NCBI GenBank assembly: GCA_043826455.1
Contig: JBDRQD010000006.1
Location: 1 to 64,000, forward strand
Length of the DNA stretch: 64,000 nucleotides
Direction of reading: 5' to 3'
From: Candidatus Bathyarchaeota archaeon
GTDB lineage: Archaea; Thermoproteota; Bathyarchaeia; TCS64
Made by a program: the position numbers and the translations under genes. The notes under the pieces were generated by a model. That model worked only from the letters and a program-made list of their open reading frames with translations, was not told the DNA's origin and did no database searches. Shown here piece after piece: positions 18,466 through 28,675 of this stretch (position 1 is its first letter; every line of letters begins with the position of its first letter).

Positions 18466-19305
18466 TTGGGAATGCTAGAGCTACTCTCTGAATTGATCCA
18501 GAACAGATGCATCAATCCGCCTGGGAACGAGATGAGGTCAATTAAATCAATAGAACAGTATATGCATAAACATGGCGTCAAAAGTAGAATATACGAATCA
18601 GCACCAAACAGAGGCAATTTAATCGCTAGAATCTCGGGTTCAGGGAGTGGCCTCACTCTCATGTTTGGGCCAGGTCACGTCGATGTAGTGCCAGTGGATG
18701 ACGCTGATGCGTGGGATGAAGATCCGTTCACAGCCACGATAAAGGATGGCTACATGTGGGGCAGAGGTTCTCACGACATGCTCTTCATGGTCACCGCCCA
18801 CGTACAAGCATTCATTGACCTGAAAAGAAGCGGGTTTAAACCAAAAGGAGACCTGTTGCTGCTGGTGGTCTCAGATGAGGAGGGTGAGGGAACCTATGGA
18901 TCGCAGTGGATGCTCGAGCATCACCCTGAGACAGTGCGTACTGACTACGCGGTCTCAGAGGCGGGCGGATGGCTCAATGAGCAAGGGGGCGTGGTCTTCA
19001 CCTTCGGAGAGAAGGGGGACGTGTACACTAGCCCTGTTGAGTCGGCCTTCGTCACAGTTATGGAGCAGGCGATCCAAAGAGAGGTGCCCGGCGCTAAACT
19101 TGTACCCGAGATGATGCCCGGAAAAACTGATTTAAAGTTTCTGAGAAAGATGGGCGTAGAAGCGTACGGTTTCGGTCTTTACGACTCTGAGACGCCTTCT
19201 CATGCGAGGAGGGTTCATGGGCCCAACGAGAGGGTGAGCCTTAAGACGCTGGAGCTTACTCACAGGGTTTGCACTCACCTCGCTAAGGGTTTAAACGCGT
19301 CGTAG
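18466..19305 (+). CDS. M20/M25/M40 metallopeptidase apparently lacking the dimerisation domain
   Basis: GHVDVV, GRGSHDM, SDEE, EAGG, HGPNER; only 279 aa, with GEKG joined directly to TSPVES. Confidence 0.8.
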   Translation: MGMLELLSELIQNRCINPPGNEMRSIKSIEQYMHKHGVKSRIYESAPNRGNLIARISGSGSGLTLMFGPGHVDVVPVDDADAWDEDPFTATIKDGYMWGRGSHDMLFMVTAHVQAFIDLKRSGFKPKGDLLLLVVSDEEGEGTYGSQWMLEHHPETVRTDYAVSEAGGWLNEQGGVVFTFGEKGDVYTSPVESAFVTVMEQAIQREVPGAKLVPEMMPGKTDLKFLRKMGVEAYGFGLYDSETPSHARRVHGPNERVSLKTLELTHRVCTHLAKGLNAS

Positions 19306-19377
19306 TTATTCTTTGGGCCAGGCTCAAATTTCCCCTGTGAGTGAGGCAAACCATATCTCAGTTTAACGACAAAGGAT

Positions 19378-20304
19378 ATGGGACAGGACTTGAAACGCGC
19401 CTTTGAGGACCCCTTCAGCGCCGGGGGCTGCTGGTATAAGGGGAACGTTCACACTCACTCTGACAGGTCTGACGGCACCAGGACCCCGGAGCAGCTGGTG
19501 TCCATGTACCTTGGCGCTGGCTACGATTTTCTGTCCATAACCGACCACAGCGGGGTGACCGATGTGGGCGGCCTGGACGGCCGCGGCCTGCTGCTCATCC
19601 CAGGTGAGGAGCTGTGCGTGGGGAAGTCGCAGGCGGGGACGCACTACCACTTGGTGGGTGTGGGCATCCAAGATACGTTACCCTTCAGGGACTTCGACGC
19701 CGAACTGGACCCGCAGCGGGTGGTGGACGAGGTCAACGGCCTGGGCGGGGTCAGCCTGCTGGCTCACCCCTACTGGTCGGGCCTGTGCCACCGGGACATG
19801 GTGGCGGTGGACGGGCTGTGCGGTGTGGAGATATACAACACCAGCTGCGACTACGAGCGGAACACGGGGCTCTCCGCGTCGCACGTGGACGGGTTGATAG
19901 CGGCGGGCAGGCGCCCATACATCTTCGCTGTCGACGACCACCACGGCGCTGATAGGCCCACGATGCCTGTGGACGCCTGCGGTGCCTGGATAATGGTGAA
20001 GGCGTCTTCGCTGGAGGAGCGGGACATCTTGGAGAGCATACGTGGTGGTCTGTTCTACTCCAGCACGGGTCCCGAGATCAAGGATATCACGGTGGACGGC
20101 GAAGGGGTGATTCACGTGGAGTGCTCGCCGGCGAGGACTGTCTCCTTCGTGTCCACGCCCTCACTGGGTATGAAGTTCCACGCCCGGGACAGGCCCATAA
20201 CCTCGGTGAGCTACCCGGGGAGACCTGGTGAGACGTATGTCCGGGTCGAGGTAACGGATAGTGAGGGGAGGACGGCTTGGTCCAACCCCATCTACAACTT
20301 GTGA
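19378..20304 (+). CDS. PHP-domain metallohydrolase (CehA/McbA-like)
   Basis: KGNVHTHS..SDG, ITDH, AHPYW, VDDHH, YVRVEV...G.TAWSNP. Confidence 0.88.
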   Translation: MGQDLKRAFEDPFSAGGCWYKGNVHTHSDRSDGTRTPEQLVSMYLGAGYDFLSITDHSGVTDVGGLDGRGLLLIPGEELCVGKSQAGTHYHLVGVGIQDTLPFRDFDAELDPQRVVDEVNGLGGVSLLAHPYWSGLCHRDMVAVDGLCGVEIYNTSCDYERNTGLSASHVDGLIAAGRRPYIFAVDDHHGADRPTMPVDACGAWIMVKASSLEERDILESIRGGLFYSSTGPEIKDITVDGEGVIHVECSPARTVSFVSTPSLGMKFHARDRPITSVSYPGRPGETYVRVEVTDSEGRTAWSNPIYNL

Positions 20305-20325
20305 AAGGGTGCACGGGTTCTGCGG

Positions 20326-21267
20326 TTATTCACCTGGAGGGATCAGCTTGGAGAGTGTATTGTAGCCTAGGATGAGTCCCTTCTCCTCCCGTCCATAGGC
20401 GTCAACTATCCCCGACTCTGTGTCGATGTGCTCCCTGGCGTGGGCGGCGGCGAACACGTCGTCCTCATGCTCTATGTCTATGTTGCCCCTGTAGCCCACC
20501 TCGATGAGGGCCGTGATGAACCGGGGCCAGTTGATCTCCCCCCACCCCGGGAGACGGGCTCGCCACCAGCCGTGGCCCAGGCCCATGATGTCTCCGAATG
20601 CCTGCCCGAGGATGCCTACGCGGTTCAGCACCCTGCGGTTGATCTCCATGTCCTTGGCGTGGATGTGGTAGATGCGGTCCCCGTAATCGTAGATGGCCTG
20701 GATGTAGTCTATCCCCTGCCACACCATGTGGGACGGGTCCAGCTCGATGCCCAGCGACTTGGAGGGTACCACCCGGTACATCTCGTCCCACACCTCGGGG
20801 CTGATGGCGATGTTCTCGCCCCGCAGTTGGAACCTGTCCATCATGGGGCAGTTCTCTATGGCGATGCGCAGGCCTCGTCTCTCGGCCTCGTCGCAGAAGG
20901 GGGTGAAGGCTTCCTCGAAGAGGGGGATGTTGTCCTTGATGGACTTGTCGGGGTCCCGGCCCGCGAAGGTGCAGACCACGCCGACGTCCATGCGGCTGGC
21001 CAGCTCCATGACCTTGTATAAGTATCGGCTGGCCTCATCCGCTTTGGCTTTGTCGGGGTCCAGGTAGTTGGGGTAGTAGCCGAGGGCCGATACCTCGATG
21101 TCGTGGGCTTCCAGGTCCTTCTTGACCTCCTTGATGCGCCTGTCGGTGACGTGGTCGGCGTTGAGGCTGGAGTCGGGCCAGGCCGAGAGCTCCATGGAGC
21201 GGAAGCCGACCTTGTGGGCGAACGCGACAGTGTTTTTATCGTAGTTGGTGTAGAACCCGAGTTTCAT
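20326..21267 (-). CDS. Sugar-phosphate isomerase/epimerase (xylose isomerase-like TIM barrel)
   Basis: AIENCP, LDPSH, HIHAKD, IEHED metal-binding motifs. Confidence 0.9.
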   Translation of the reverse strand: MKLGFYTNYDKNTVAFAHKVGFRSMELSAWPDSSLNADHVTDRRIKEVKKDLEAHDIEVSALGYYPNYLDPDKAKADEASRYLYKVMELASRMDVGVVCTFAGRDPDKSIKDNIPLFEEAFTPFCDEAERRGLRIAIENCPMMDRFQLRGENIAISPEVWDEMYRVVPSKSLGIELDPSHMVWQGIDYIQAIYDYGDRIYHIHAKDMEINRRVLNRVGILGQAFGDIMGLGHGWWRARLPGWGEINWPRFITALIEVGYRGNIDIEHEDDVFAAAHAREHIDTESGIVDAYGREEKGLILGYNTLSKLIPPGE

Positions 21268-21360
21268 GGATATCTCCTTCCCTGTCTGCGATAATTAAGA
21301 CTATCCCGAGGGGCCGAGATGCTCAGCTTTAATTCCGAGATGCTTGTACAAGAATATGGT

Positions 21361-21809
21361 ATGAAGACCTTAATCGTCTATACTCGGTGTACGGAAACAC
21401 TGAGAAGATCGCCAAGGCCATCGGCGAAGGTGTAGCCGGCGATGTGGAGGTTCTACGCTCGGATGAAGCGGACTTCTCCAAACTTGAGGCGTTTGACCTA
21501 GTCATCGTCGGCTCTCCGACCCACGGTGGCAGGCCCACTCCGGCGATGCGGGACTTCCTCAGCAGGGCCCCGGAGCCCATGTTCAAGGGCACTAAGGTGG
21601 CCGCCTTCGATACAAGGGGCGCGAATAAGCTGGTGGGTGTCTTCGGCTACGCCGGGGAAAGGATCGGTAACAGCCTTAAGGGTAAGGGTGGACGCCTCGT
21701 GGTGTCGCCGGAGGGCTTCTACGTAAAGGGTACCAAAGGTCCGCTGAAGGAGGGGGAGCTTGAACGCGCCGCCGGCTGGGGTAAGGGGATCGTTAACGGT
21801 TTGAAGTAG
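21361..21809 (+). pseudogene. Flavodoxin with a one-base frameshift after codon 7 (or a sequence error)
   Basis: ATG at 21361 gives MKTLIVY; the conserved S-V-YGNTEKIA...VGSPTHGG...AFDTR lies in another frame. Confidence 0.7.
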
Positions 21810-21950
21810 GGGGGCTCGGGGCCCAGGGGCGGCTCTTATACTCCTGGTGGAGTTGAGGTGCCCACAGTGAAGTGGGGCCCGGATGCCACAGCGGCTCCTT
21901 CAGCTTCTCTACTCGTGGCTGTGTGGTCTACTGGGCATGGTCCCTTTTCT

Positions 21951-22010
21951 TTGGGGTTCCAGAGTTTGTTACAAGTAGCATGTAATTTAGCGAATTAAGG
22001 GGTTGATGAC
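21951..22010 (+). repeat. Dispersed intergenic repeat, copy 3
   Basis: CGAATTAAGGGGTTGATGAC versus CGAATTAGGGGGTTAATGAC (13638); TTGGGGTTC..AG..GTTTGTT shared with the reverse complement of the window start. Confidence 0.65.
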
Positions 22011-22136
22011 AGCTGTGTGGAAGAATGTGAAAAAAATTTGGATCACCTTTAGCTAACTTGTATCGTTTAAGGTGCACACTCTCTATCAGCCTGTGGTCTT
22101 TGTGCACTGTGTGGCACCATCAATTAATCACAAGTT

Positions 22137-22559
22137 TCACCTTGACAGAACCAGCACCTTTTTCTCGTACACCGCAGGATGCTCTTCGCCTATTCTAGCC
22201 GTGAACACCAGGGTCCCGTTCACCTGAGGGGACACGGGGATTGGCATGAGCCACGTCTCTGACCCCGGGGAGGCGAAGTAGAAAGGACCTGCGGGGGTGA
22301 GGTGGGCCCCATGGCCACCTCTGAGAGGCTCTCCGTTGAGGGTGCAGCCGAACTCGACCTTGGTGATGGCTGAGTATGGGGCCGGGAAAGGAAAGTAGTT
22401 GTAGCAGGTGATGGTGGCGGTGACGTTCTCGCCGACGAGGCAGGTCTCCCTGTCGGTCTCCACTCGGAACCCTACTAGGCGATCAGAGGCAGCAGCGAAG
22501 AGGATGAAGTCCATGAACAATATGAGTGGCGAGAGCCTGACAAGCTTCCTCAAACCCAA
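22137..22559 (-). CDS. Hypothetical exported protein (Ig-like)
   Basis: N-terminal hydrophobic segment followed by a beta-rich domain. Confidence 0.5.
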   Translation of the reverse strand: MGLRKLVRLSPLILFMDFILFAAASDRLVGFRVETDRETCLVGENVTATITCYNYFPFPAPYSAITKVEFGCTLNGEPLRGGHGAHLTPAGPFYFASPGSETWLMPIPVSPQVNGTLVFTARIGEEHPAVYEKKVLVLSR

Positions 22560-22652
22560 TGATTCTCCTCAGAATAATTTGAACGTTAAAGAGATAAACG
22601 CCACGGTTTCAAACCCTGACAATGAACATTAAATAGCTAATATAATAAAGGC

Positions 22653-24281
22653 TTAGAACTCGGGCTCGGGTTTACCCAGCTTCTTGTCATACGCCGCCTT
22701 CACGAACCCATAATACGGCGGGCTAGGCGCCCATGGACGGCTCTTGAACTCCGGGTGAAACTGTGTGCCCAGGAAGAAGTAGCGGTCCGGCAGCCACAGC
22801 AGCTCCTTCAGCTTCTTCTCCTTGCTCCACCCCGGGAAGACGGCCCCAGCCTTCTCCAGCCTGTCCCAGTACAGGGGGTTTACCTCCCACCTGTGCCTGT
22901 GCCGCTCACGAATCTCCGTCGAACCATACAGCCTGTGGGGCAGGCTCCCATCCGCTATCACCACCGGGTTGGCGCCCAGCCTCATGGTGCCACCAAGCTC
23001 CTTCAACCCCTTCTGCTCCGGCAGGAGGTCAATGACCGGGTGCGGCGTCTCCGGGACGCACTCGGTGCTGGCGGCCCCCTCCAGGCCCACCACGTTCCTG
23101 GCGAACTCCACCGTCGCCAACTGGAACCCGTAGCAGATGCCCAGGAAAGGCTTGTCGTGGGTCCTGCAGTAGTTGATGGCTATGATCTTGCCCTCAGCCC
23201 CCCTCTGCCCGAAGCCCCCCGGCACGAGGACGCCGTCGTACCCGTCCAGGGCGCTGGCCTTCTTCAGGTCCTCCTCGAAGAACTCGGTCTCTATCCAGTC
23301 GATCTGCACCCTGCACCCGGCCTTGGCCGCGGCGTGCCTCAGTGCCTCGTTGACGCTCACGTAGCAGTCGGCCAGCTCCGCGTATTTACCGCACATGGCG
23401 ATCCTAACCACGTCCCTAGGCTTCTTGAAGCGCTCCACCATCTCACGCCACTCGCCCCACTCCGGCTTGCAGTCCCGGAGCCCCAGGTACTCGCACACCA
23501 CGTCCCCCATGCCCTGCCTCTCCAGCTCCAGGGGCAGCTCGTAGAGGGTCGGCACGTTGATGCTACTGAAAACCGCCCTCTCCTCCACACTGCAGTACAG
23601 GGCGATCTTACTCCTAGAAGCCTTGTCCAGCCGCCCCTTCTCGATGCGCGCCGCTATCACGTCCGGCTGCAACCCTATGGCGCGGAGTTCCTTGACGCTG
23701 TGCTGGGTCGGTTTGGTCTTGGGCTCACCCACGGCCTCCAGCACCGGCACCAATGTGACGTGGACCAGCAGGGTGTCGCCCCGCTTTTCCTCGTTCCTCA
23801 TCTGCCTGAAGGACTCCAGAAACGGCAGCCCCTCAATGTCGCCGACGGTGCCGCCGCACTCCACCAGCACCACGTCCGCCTTGCTCTTGGAGGCAGCCAG
23901 CCTGATCCTTCGCTTGATCTCATCAGTCACATGTGGAATGATCTGGACACAGCGGCCCAGGTAGCCCCCCTCCCGCTCCCTCCGTATCACCGTCTGGTAG
24001 ACCTGACCGCTGGTGACGTTGTTGAGGCCCGTGAACTCGCCGCCCAGGAACCGTTCGTAGGTGCCCAGGTCCATGTCGGCCTCGTAGCCGTCCTCCAGCA
24101 CGAAGACCTCCCCATGAATGTAGGGGTTCATGGTGCCCGCGTCCACGTTTAGGTACGGGTCGCATTTCACGGCTGTGACCCGGTAGCCCCGGACCTCCAG
24201 CATCTTCCCTACGCTGCAGGTGACCAGCCCCTTGCCCAGGCCGCTCAGCACGCCCCCCGTCACAAAAATGTACTTCGTCAA
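22653..24281 (-). CDS. pyrG: CTP synthase
   Basis: [48 protein letters not shown]; start probably TTG 24281. Confidence 0.98.
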   Translation of the reverse strand: MTKYIFVTGGVLSGLGKGLVTCSVGKMLEVRGYRVTAVKCDPYLNVDAGTMNPYIHGEVFVLEDGYEADMDLGTYERFLGGEFTGLNNVTSGQVYQTVIRREREGGYLGRCVQIIPHVTDEIKRRIRLAASKSKADVVLVECGGTVGDIEGLPFLESFRQMRNEEKRGDTLLVHVTLVPVLEAVGEPKTKPTQHSVKELRAIGLQPDVIAARIEKGRLDKASRSKIALYCSVEERAVFSSINVPTLYELPLELERQGMGDVVCEYLGLRDCKPEWGEWREMVERFKKPRDVVRIAMCGKYAELADCYVSVNEALRHAAAKAGCRVQIDWIETEFFEEDLKKASALDGYDGVLVPGGFGQRGAEGKIIAINYCRTHDKPFLGICYGFQLATVEFARNVVGLEGAASTECVPETPHPVIDLLPEQKGLKELGGTMRLGANPVVIADGSLPHRLYGSTEIRERHRHRWEVNPLYWDRLEKAGAVFPGWSKEKKLKELLWLPDRYFFLGTQFHPEFKSRPWAPSPPYYGFVKAAYDKKLGKPEPEF

Positions 24282-24467
24282 GACGTTGACCTGCCAATAA
24301 TACACCCACTTCTCAAAGTTGTAGACTATAAATGATTCTATGGAGAACGGACTGAAGCTTAGACCAGACGAAAACTACCCTGAAGACCATGAAAAGCTGA
24401 TTTCGTCGAGCGGCCGCGTCCCCCCACGGTCAACACAGGCGCCTCACGCGGACACAGGATGAAAACG

Positions 24468-25988
24468 TCAGGAGTTGCCTATGGGCAGCCTAGCATCCGT
24501 CGTGATGTTCAGGCCCAGCTCCTTCAGCGGCTTCTCGCAGCCCCCGTCCATGAGGTGAGTCGAGTGCATCTCGCATCCCCTGAGAGCTGGGAGAGCCGAG
24601 AGGCACTCGGCGGCGTTGGGGTTGAACACGGCGCTCACGGCCAGCGCGTCCAGGACCTCCTTCACGTCCAGGGACTCGTCCAGCCCCAGGCCCCTCTTCA
24701 GCCCGGTGATGGACTCTATGATGACGGGGGACAGCACATTGATCTCGTCGGGTATCCCCGCCAGGTACTTCACCGTGTTGAGCAGAGCCGCGGACTCGGA
24801 GTGGAGTAGAGGCGAACGCTTCCCCGTCAGGAGCACCTTCCCAGAGGCCACCCAGACCTCTATGGCGGCCCCCGAGTGGAGCCCCTTGTACCCCTTCTCC
24901 GGGTCCCGCAGCGCTACCTCCAGCGCCTGATTAGCGGCTAGGGCCACGCCCCGGTCACCCGGAGTAACACCCACCCTGGCCATTATGGCCTCCATCCTCT
25001 CCACGGTGTCGTATGTGGTGAGGCCCTCAACGAACTCCCTCTGGTACTGGTAGAAGCGGCGCACTATCTCCTCCCTGCTGGCATCCCTGCAGACGCCATC
25101 GTCCACTATGCCCTCCCCAGCCATGTTGACCCCCATGTCCGTGGGGCTCCTGATCTCAGCCATGGGGTCCCCAGGCCCCGTCATCTTCTCGATGATCCTG
25201 CGCATTATGGCGAAGTTCTCCACGTCCCGGTTGTAGTTGGTAGCCTCCACGCCGTATGCGTCCCTGTGCCACGGGTCCAGGCAGTTGTAGTCGCCCAGGT
25301 CGGCGGTGGCCGCCTCATATGCCACGTTAATTGGGTGCTCCAAGGGCAGGTTCCATATGGGGAAGGTCTCGAACTTGGCGAAGCCGCTCATTATACCCAA
25401 CTTCCGCTCCTGGTAGACCTGGCTCATGCAGAAGCTCATCTTGCCGCTCCCCGGGCCGGGGGCCGTGACCACCACGATCCTCCTGTCTGTGTCCACGTGC
25501 TCGGGCCGGCCGTAGCCCTCCTCGCTCACCACCCTGTCGATGTCCGTGAGGTAGCCCTCGATCTCGTAGTGGATGAACACACTGATGCCCCGATTCATCA
25601 GACGCTGCCTGAACTTGTCTGCGGCGTGCTCCCCCTCGTAACGGTTGATGACCACCGCGGAGACGTCCAGGCCCAGCTCCCTGAGGTCGCCGATGTCCTT
25701 GATGATCTGGTCCTCGTATGTGAGCCCGAAGTCGCGGCGCACCTTCCTGCGCTCTATGTCCTTGGCGCTGATGCAGTGTATTATCTCGGCCTGGGCCCCC
25801 AGCTTCCTGAGCATCTGGACCTTGGTGTCCACCTCGAAGCCGGGCAGCACCCTGGACGCGTGGTGGTCGTACCTGAGCTTGCCGCCGAACTCCAGGTACA
25901 GCTTGTCGTACTGTTCCACCCGCTCCATGATGCGCCGGACCTGGGCGGAGAGGTACCTGCCGGTGTCGAAGCCCTTCTCCTTGATCAT
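24468..25988 (-). CDS. DUF1846 (UPF0371) family protein
   Basis: KLYLEFGGKL..D.HASRVLPGF, TAPGPGSGK, AKFETFPIWNLP, NYNRDVE, SPTDMGVN. Confidence 0.9.
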   Translation of the reverse strand: MIKEKGFDTGRYLSAQVRRIMERVEQYDKLYLEFGGKLRYDHHASRVLPGFEVDTKVQMLRKLGAQAEIIHCISAKDIERRKVRRDFGLTYEDQIIKDIGDLRELGLDVSAVVINRYEGEHAADKFRQRLMNRGISVFIHYEIEGYLTDIDRVVSEEGYGRPEHVDTDRRIVVVTAPGPGSGKMSFCMSQVYQERKLGIMSGFAKFETFPIWNLPLEHPINVAYEAATADLGDYNCLDPWHRDAYGVEATNYNRDVENFAIMRRIIEKMTGPGDPMAEIRSPTDMGVNMAGEGIVDDGVCRDASREEIVRRFYQYQREFVEGLTTYDTVERMEAIMARVGVTPGDRGVALAANQALEVALRDPEKGYKGLHSGAAIEVWVASGKVLLTGKRSPLLHSESAALLNTVKYLAGIPDEINVLSPVIIESITGLKRGLGLDESLDVKEVLDALAVSAVFNPNAAECLSALPALRGCEMHSTHLMDGGCEKPLKELGLNITTDARLPIGNS

Positions 25989-26145
25989 ACCAGGCTCCGC
26001 CTCTCAAGGTTGAACCAATGTGAAGATAACGTCGAATCGGACCTCTTCCCCAGCGTATGTTTAAGAATTTTGTAGAGCGCTCTCGGCGGATTCTTCGGCA
26101 TATTCAACAATATTTTGAGGTCCAATAAGACACTTGCGTAGATTT

Positions 26146-27705
26146 TCAGGCCTCCTGGGGGTCGATGAGGGGCTCACCCGTCATCTCGGGAGGCTTTGGT
26201 ACGCCCATGAGCGTGAGGATCGTCGGCGCAACGCTGCTCAAGCTCTCACCCCCCCTCAGCTTCACGTCGCGCAGCCCCTCCTCGCCGCTTATCAGTATGA
26301 AGGGCACCGGGTTGACGCCGTGGCTGGGGTTAGGCTCACCGTCAGGGTAGAACATGGTTTCAATGTTGCCGTGGTCCCCTGTCACCAGCACAGTGTAGCC
26401 GCTGGCTAGGGCCGCCTCCACCACCACGCCAAGGCACCTGTCCACCACCTCACACGCCCTGATCCCGGCCTCCAGGTTGGCCGAGTGGCCCACCAGGTCC
26501 CCGTTGGCGTAGTTCACCAGAATGAAGTCGTAGAGGCCGCGCTGAATCTCGGGGACCAGCCTCTCCGTGATCTCGGGGGCGCTCATCTCCGGCTTATCCT
26601 CGTAGCTGGGCACCTTGGGGCTGGGCACCAGTATCCTGTCCTCCCCAGGCTCCGGTTCCTCCACCTGGCTGTTGAAGAAGAAGGTGACGTGAGCATACTT
26701 CTCGGTCTCAGCGATCCGTAGCTGCCGCAGGCCCGCGGCGCTAAGCGTCTGCCCTAGGTTGTTCTTCACGGTGTGCTGGGGGAAGACCGCGGGCAGGTCC
26801 AGGGCCTGGTCGTAGACGCTCATGCAGACATAGTGGATGTCCGGCCTGGGGCCGCGGCTGAACCTTGTGAACCCTTGCTCGGTGAGGGCGTAGGTTATCT
26901 GCCTGGCCCTGTCGCTCCTGAAGTTCCAGAGGATGAGGGCGTCTCCGTCCTCGATGACGGCCACAGGGGACTCGTCTGGCTCCGTCAGCGATATGGGCTC
27001 CACGTAGTAGTCTGTGAGGTCTGGGTTCCCCGCGTAGGCGTGCTCGAGTGCCTCCAGGGGGTCTCTCTCCTTCACGCCCTCCCCGTGGACTAGGAGCCTG
27101 TAGGCTCGCTCCGTCCTGCCCCAGTTGTTGTCCCTGTCCATGGCGTAGTAGCGGCCCACCATGGACGCGATGCGGCCCACGCCCTTCTTCTCCATGACGC
27201 GGAGGGTCTCCTCTAGGAAGCCGGAGGCGCTTCTTTCGGGGACATCCCGGCCGTCCAGGAAGCAGTGGACGTAGACTTCTCTGAGCTTGTTTCTCCTGGC
27301 CAACTCCAGTAATGCGTAGAGGTGGTCCGTAGTTCCGTGGATGCCCTGGTCGCTGAGGAGGCCGGCCAGGTGAAGCCTGCCCCCAGTCCGCTTCAGGTGC
27401 TCGACGGCGTCCAGGAGGGGCCTCTTCTCGTAGAAGCTGCCGTCCTTGATGCTGTGGTTGATCTCCTCCAGGGGCTGCCATACGACGCGGCCGGCGCCCA
27501 TGGTGAGGTGGCCGGGCTCGCTGCCCCCCTGGGTGCCCTCCGGTAAGCCCACGGCGTTGCCGGTGCACTTTAGGAGGGCCCACGGGTATGTGCGCATGTA
27601 GTGGTCGTCGTTGGGGGTGTGTGCGAGGTACGCGGCGTTGCCCTTCCGCTCCTCTGTGTAGCCCCAACCGTCCCTGACGACCAGGATGACCCTGCGCCCG
27701 GCCAT
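26146..27705 (-). CDS. gpmI: 2,3-bisphosphoglycerate-independent phosphoglycerate mutase (bacterial type)
   Basis: DGWG, SE.GH, GRYYAMDRD, NFRSDRARQ, AETEKYAHVTFF, D.VGH, DHGN. Confidence 0.96.
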   Translation of the reverse strand: MAGRRVILVVRDGWGYTEERKGNAAYLAHTPNDDHYMRTYPWALLKCTGNAVGLPEGTQGGSEPGHLTMGAGRVVWQPLEEINHSIKDGSFYEKRPLLDAVEHLKRTGGRLHLAGLLSDQGIHGTTDHLYALLELARRNKLREVYVHCFLDGRDVPERSASGFLEETLRVMEKKGVGRIASMVGRYYAMDRDNNWGRTERAYRLLVHGEGVKERDPLEALEHAYAGNPDLTDYYVEPISLTEPDESPVAVIEDGDALILWNFRSDRARQITYALTEQGFTRFSRGPRPDIHYVCMSVYDQALDLPAVFPQHTVKNNLGQTLSAAGLRQLRIAETEKYAHVTFFFNSQVEEPEPGEDRILVPSPKVPSYEDKPEMSAPEITERLVPEIQRGLYDFILVNYANGDLVGHSANLEAGIRACEVVDRCLGVVVEAALASGYTVLVTGDHGNIETMFYPDGEPNPSHGVNPVPFILISGEEGLRDVKLRGGESLSSVAPTILTLMGVPKPPEMTGEPLIDPQEA

Positions 27706-27736
27706 ATCTGAGAATTATCTGTGGCTGAGTTTAAGG

Positions 27737-27958
27737 TCACCGCCGCAGGTAGCCCCACAGCAGCGACAGGAGGCTCAGGAGTATGAGGAGGGGGCTGGTG
27801 GCGAAGTAGAAGCCGTCGCTCCTGTAGACGTAGACTATGTACCAGGGTAGGCGTTCGATGCTGGGGACCAGCCTGGAGAGGTAGGGGAGAGCCAAGAAGA
27901 GGACGCCTAGCAGTATAAGTGTCCAACCCATGGCCGTGAAGGGCCTGTACTCGTCCAT
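27737..27958 (-). CDS. Small membrane protein (DUF2905-like)
   Basis: 73 aa with two TM; RLP..I.Y....F.F pattern. Confidence 0.6.
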   Translation of the reverse strand: MDEYRPFTAMGWTLILLGVLFLALPYLSRLVPSIERLPWYIVYVYRSDGFYFATSPLLILLSLLSLLWGYLRR

Positions 27959-28009
27959 GGACGTATATTGATCACTGGATAGTAAATGTTTTAATGCGGC
28001 GGGGCTGAT

Positions 28010-28675
28010 GTGAACCGGAAACGGGGGACCATTTTGAGGATCGTCATGCTGGGGCCTCCTGGGAGCGGCAAGGGCACCCAGGCACGCATCATCTCTGAGC
28101 TCTACGGCGTGCCCGTGGTGACCACCGGAGACATGCTCAGGGACGCCGTGGCCCGGAGAACTCAGCACGGCAGGGTCGCCAAGGGGTTCATGGACCGGGG
28201 GGAGCTGGTGCCGGACAGGATCGTCAACATGGTGGTGCGGGAAAGGCTCAGCATGCCTGACTTAGAGGCCGGGTTCATCCTGGACGGGTTCCCCCGGAGC
28301 ACCGCCCAGGCCGACGCCCTGGACAGAGTGCTGGAGGAGAGGGGCCTGCAGCTGGACTACGTCATCCACGTCACCCTGGGGGACGAGGCGATAGCTGCTC
28401 GGCTGGGTAACAGGAGGAGCTGCCCCGTGTGCGGGGCCGTGTACCACCTGGAGTCTAAGCCGCCCAGGGCCGCGGGGGTATGCGACGAGTGCGGCTCGGG
28501 GCTGGTCCTCAGGGACGACGACAAGCCCGAGGTGATCCGGCACCGGCTGGAGGTGTACCGGGAGAAGACCCAGCCTCTGCTGGACAGGTATATGGGGGCA
28601 GGGATCATCCGGGAGGTGCCCGGTGACTGCCCCCTGAACGAGTTACCCGGGCTGCTGAGGAAGATACTAGGCTAG
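28010..28675 (+). CDS. adk: Adenylate kinase (bacterial type, Zn-lid)
   Basis: GPPGSGKGTQA, GDMLR, LDGFPR, CPVC...CDEC lid, RDDD. Confidence 0.95.
   Translation: MNRKRGTILRIVMLGPPGSGKGTQARIISELYGVPVVTTGDMLRDAVARRTQHGRVAKGFMDRGELVPDRIVNMVVRERLSMPDLEAGFILDGFPRSTAQADALDRVLEERGLQLDYVIHVTLGDEAIAARLGNRRSCPVCGAVYHLESKPPRAAGVCDECGSGLVLRDDDKPEVIRHRLEVYREKTQPLLDRYMGAGIIREVPGDCPLNELPGLLRKILG

Noticed and set aside
13680..19310. Prophage or integrative element
   Set aside because: No integrase, transposase, replication or virion genes; only a compositional shift and flanking degenerate repeats.
22755..24152. Long antisense or alternate-frame ORFs (e.g. 176-1246, 22755-24152, 33574-34503, 40655-41641, 56620-57573)
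   Set aside because: Shadow ORFs of GC-rich genes; low-complexity R/P/H/G/V-rich translations with no motifs.
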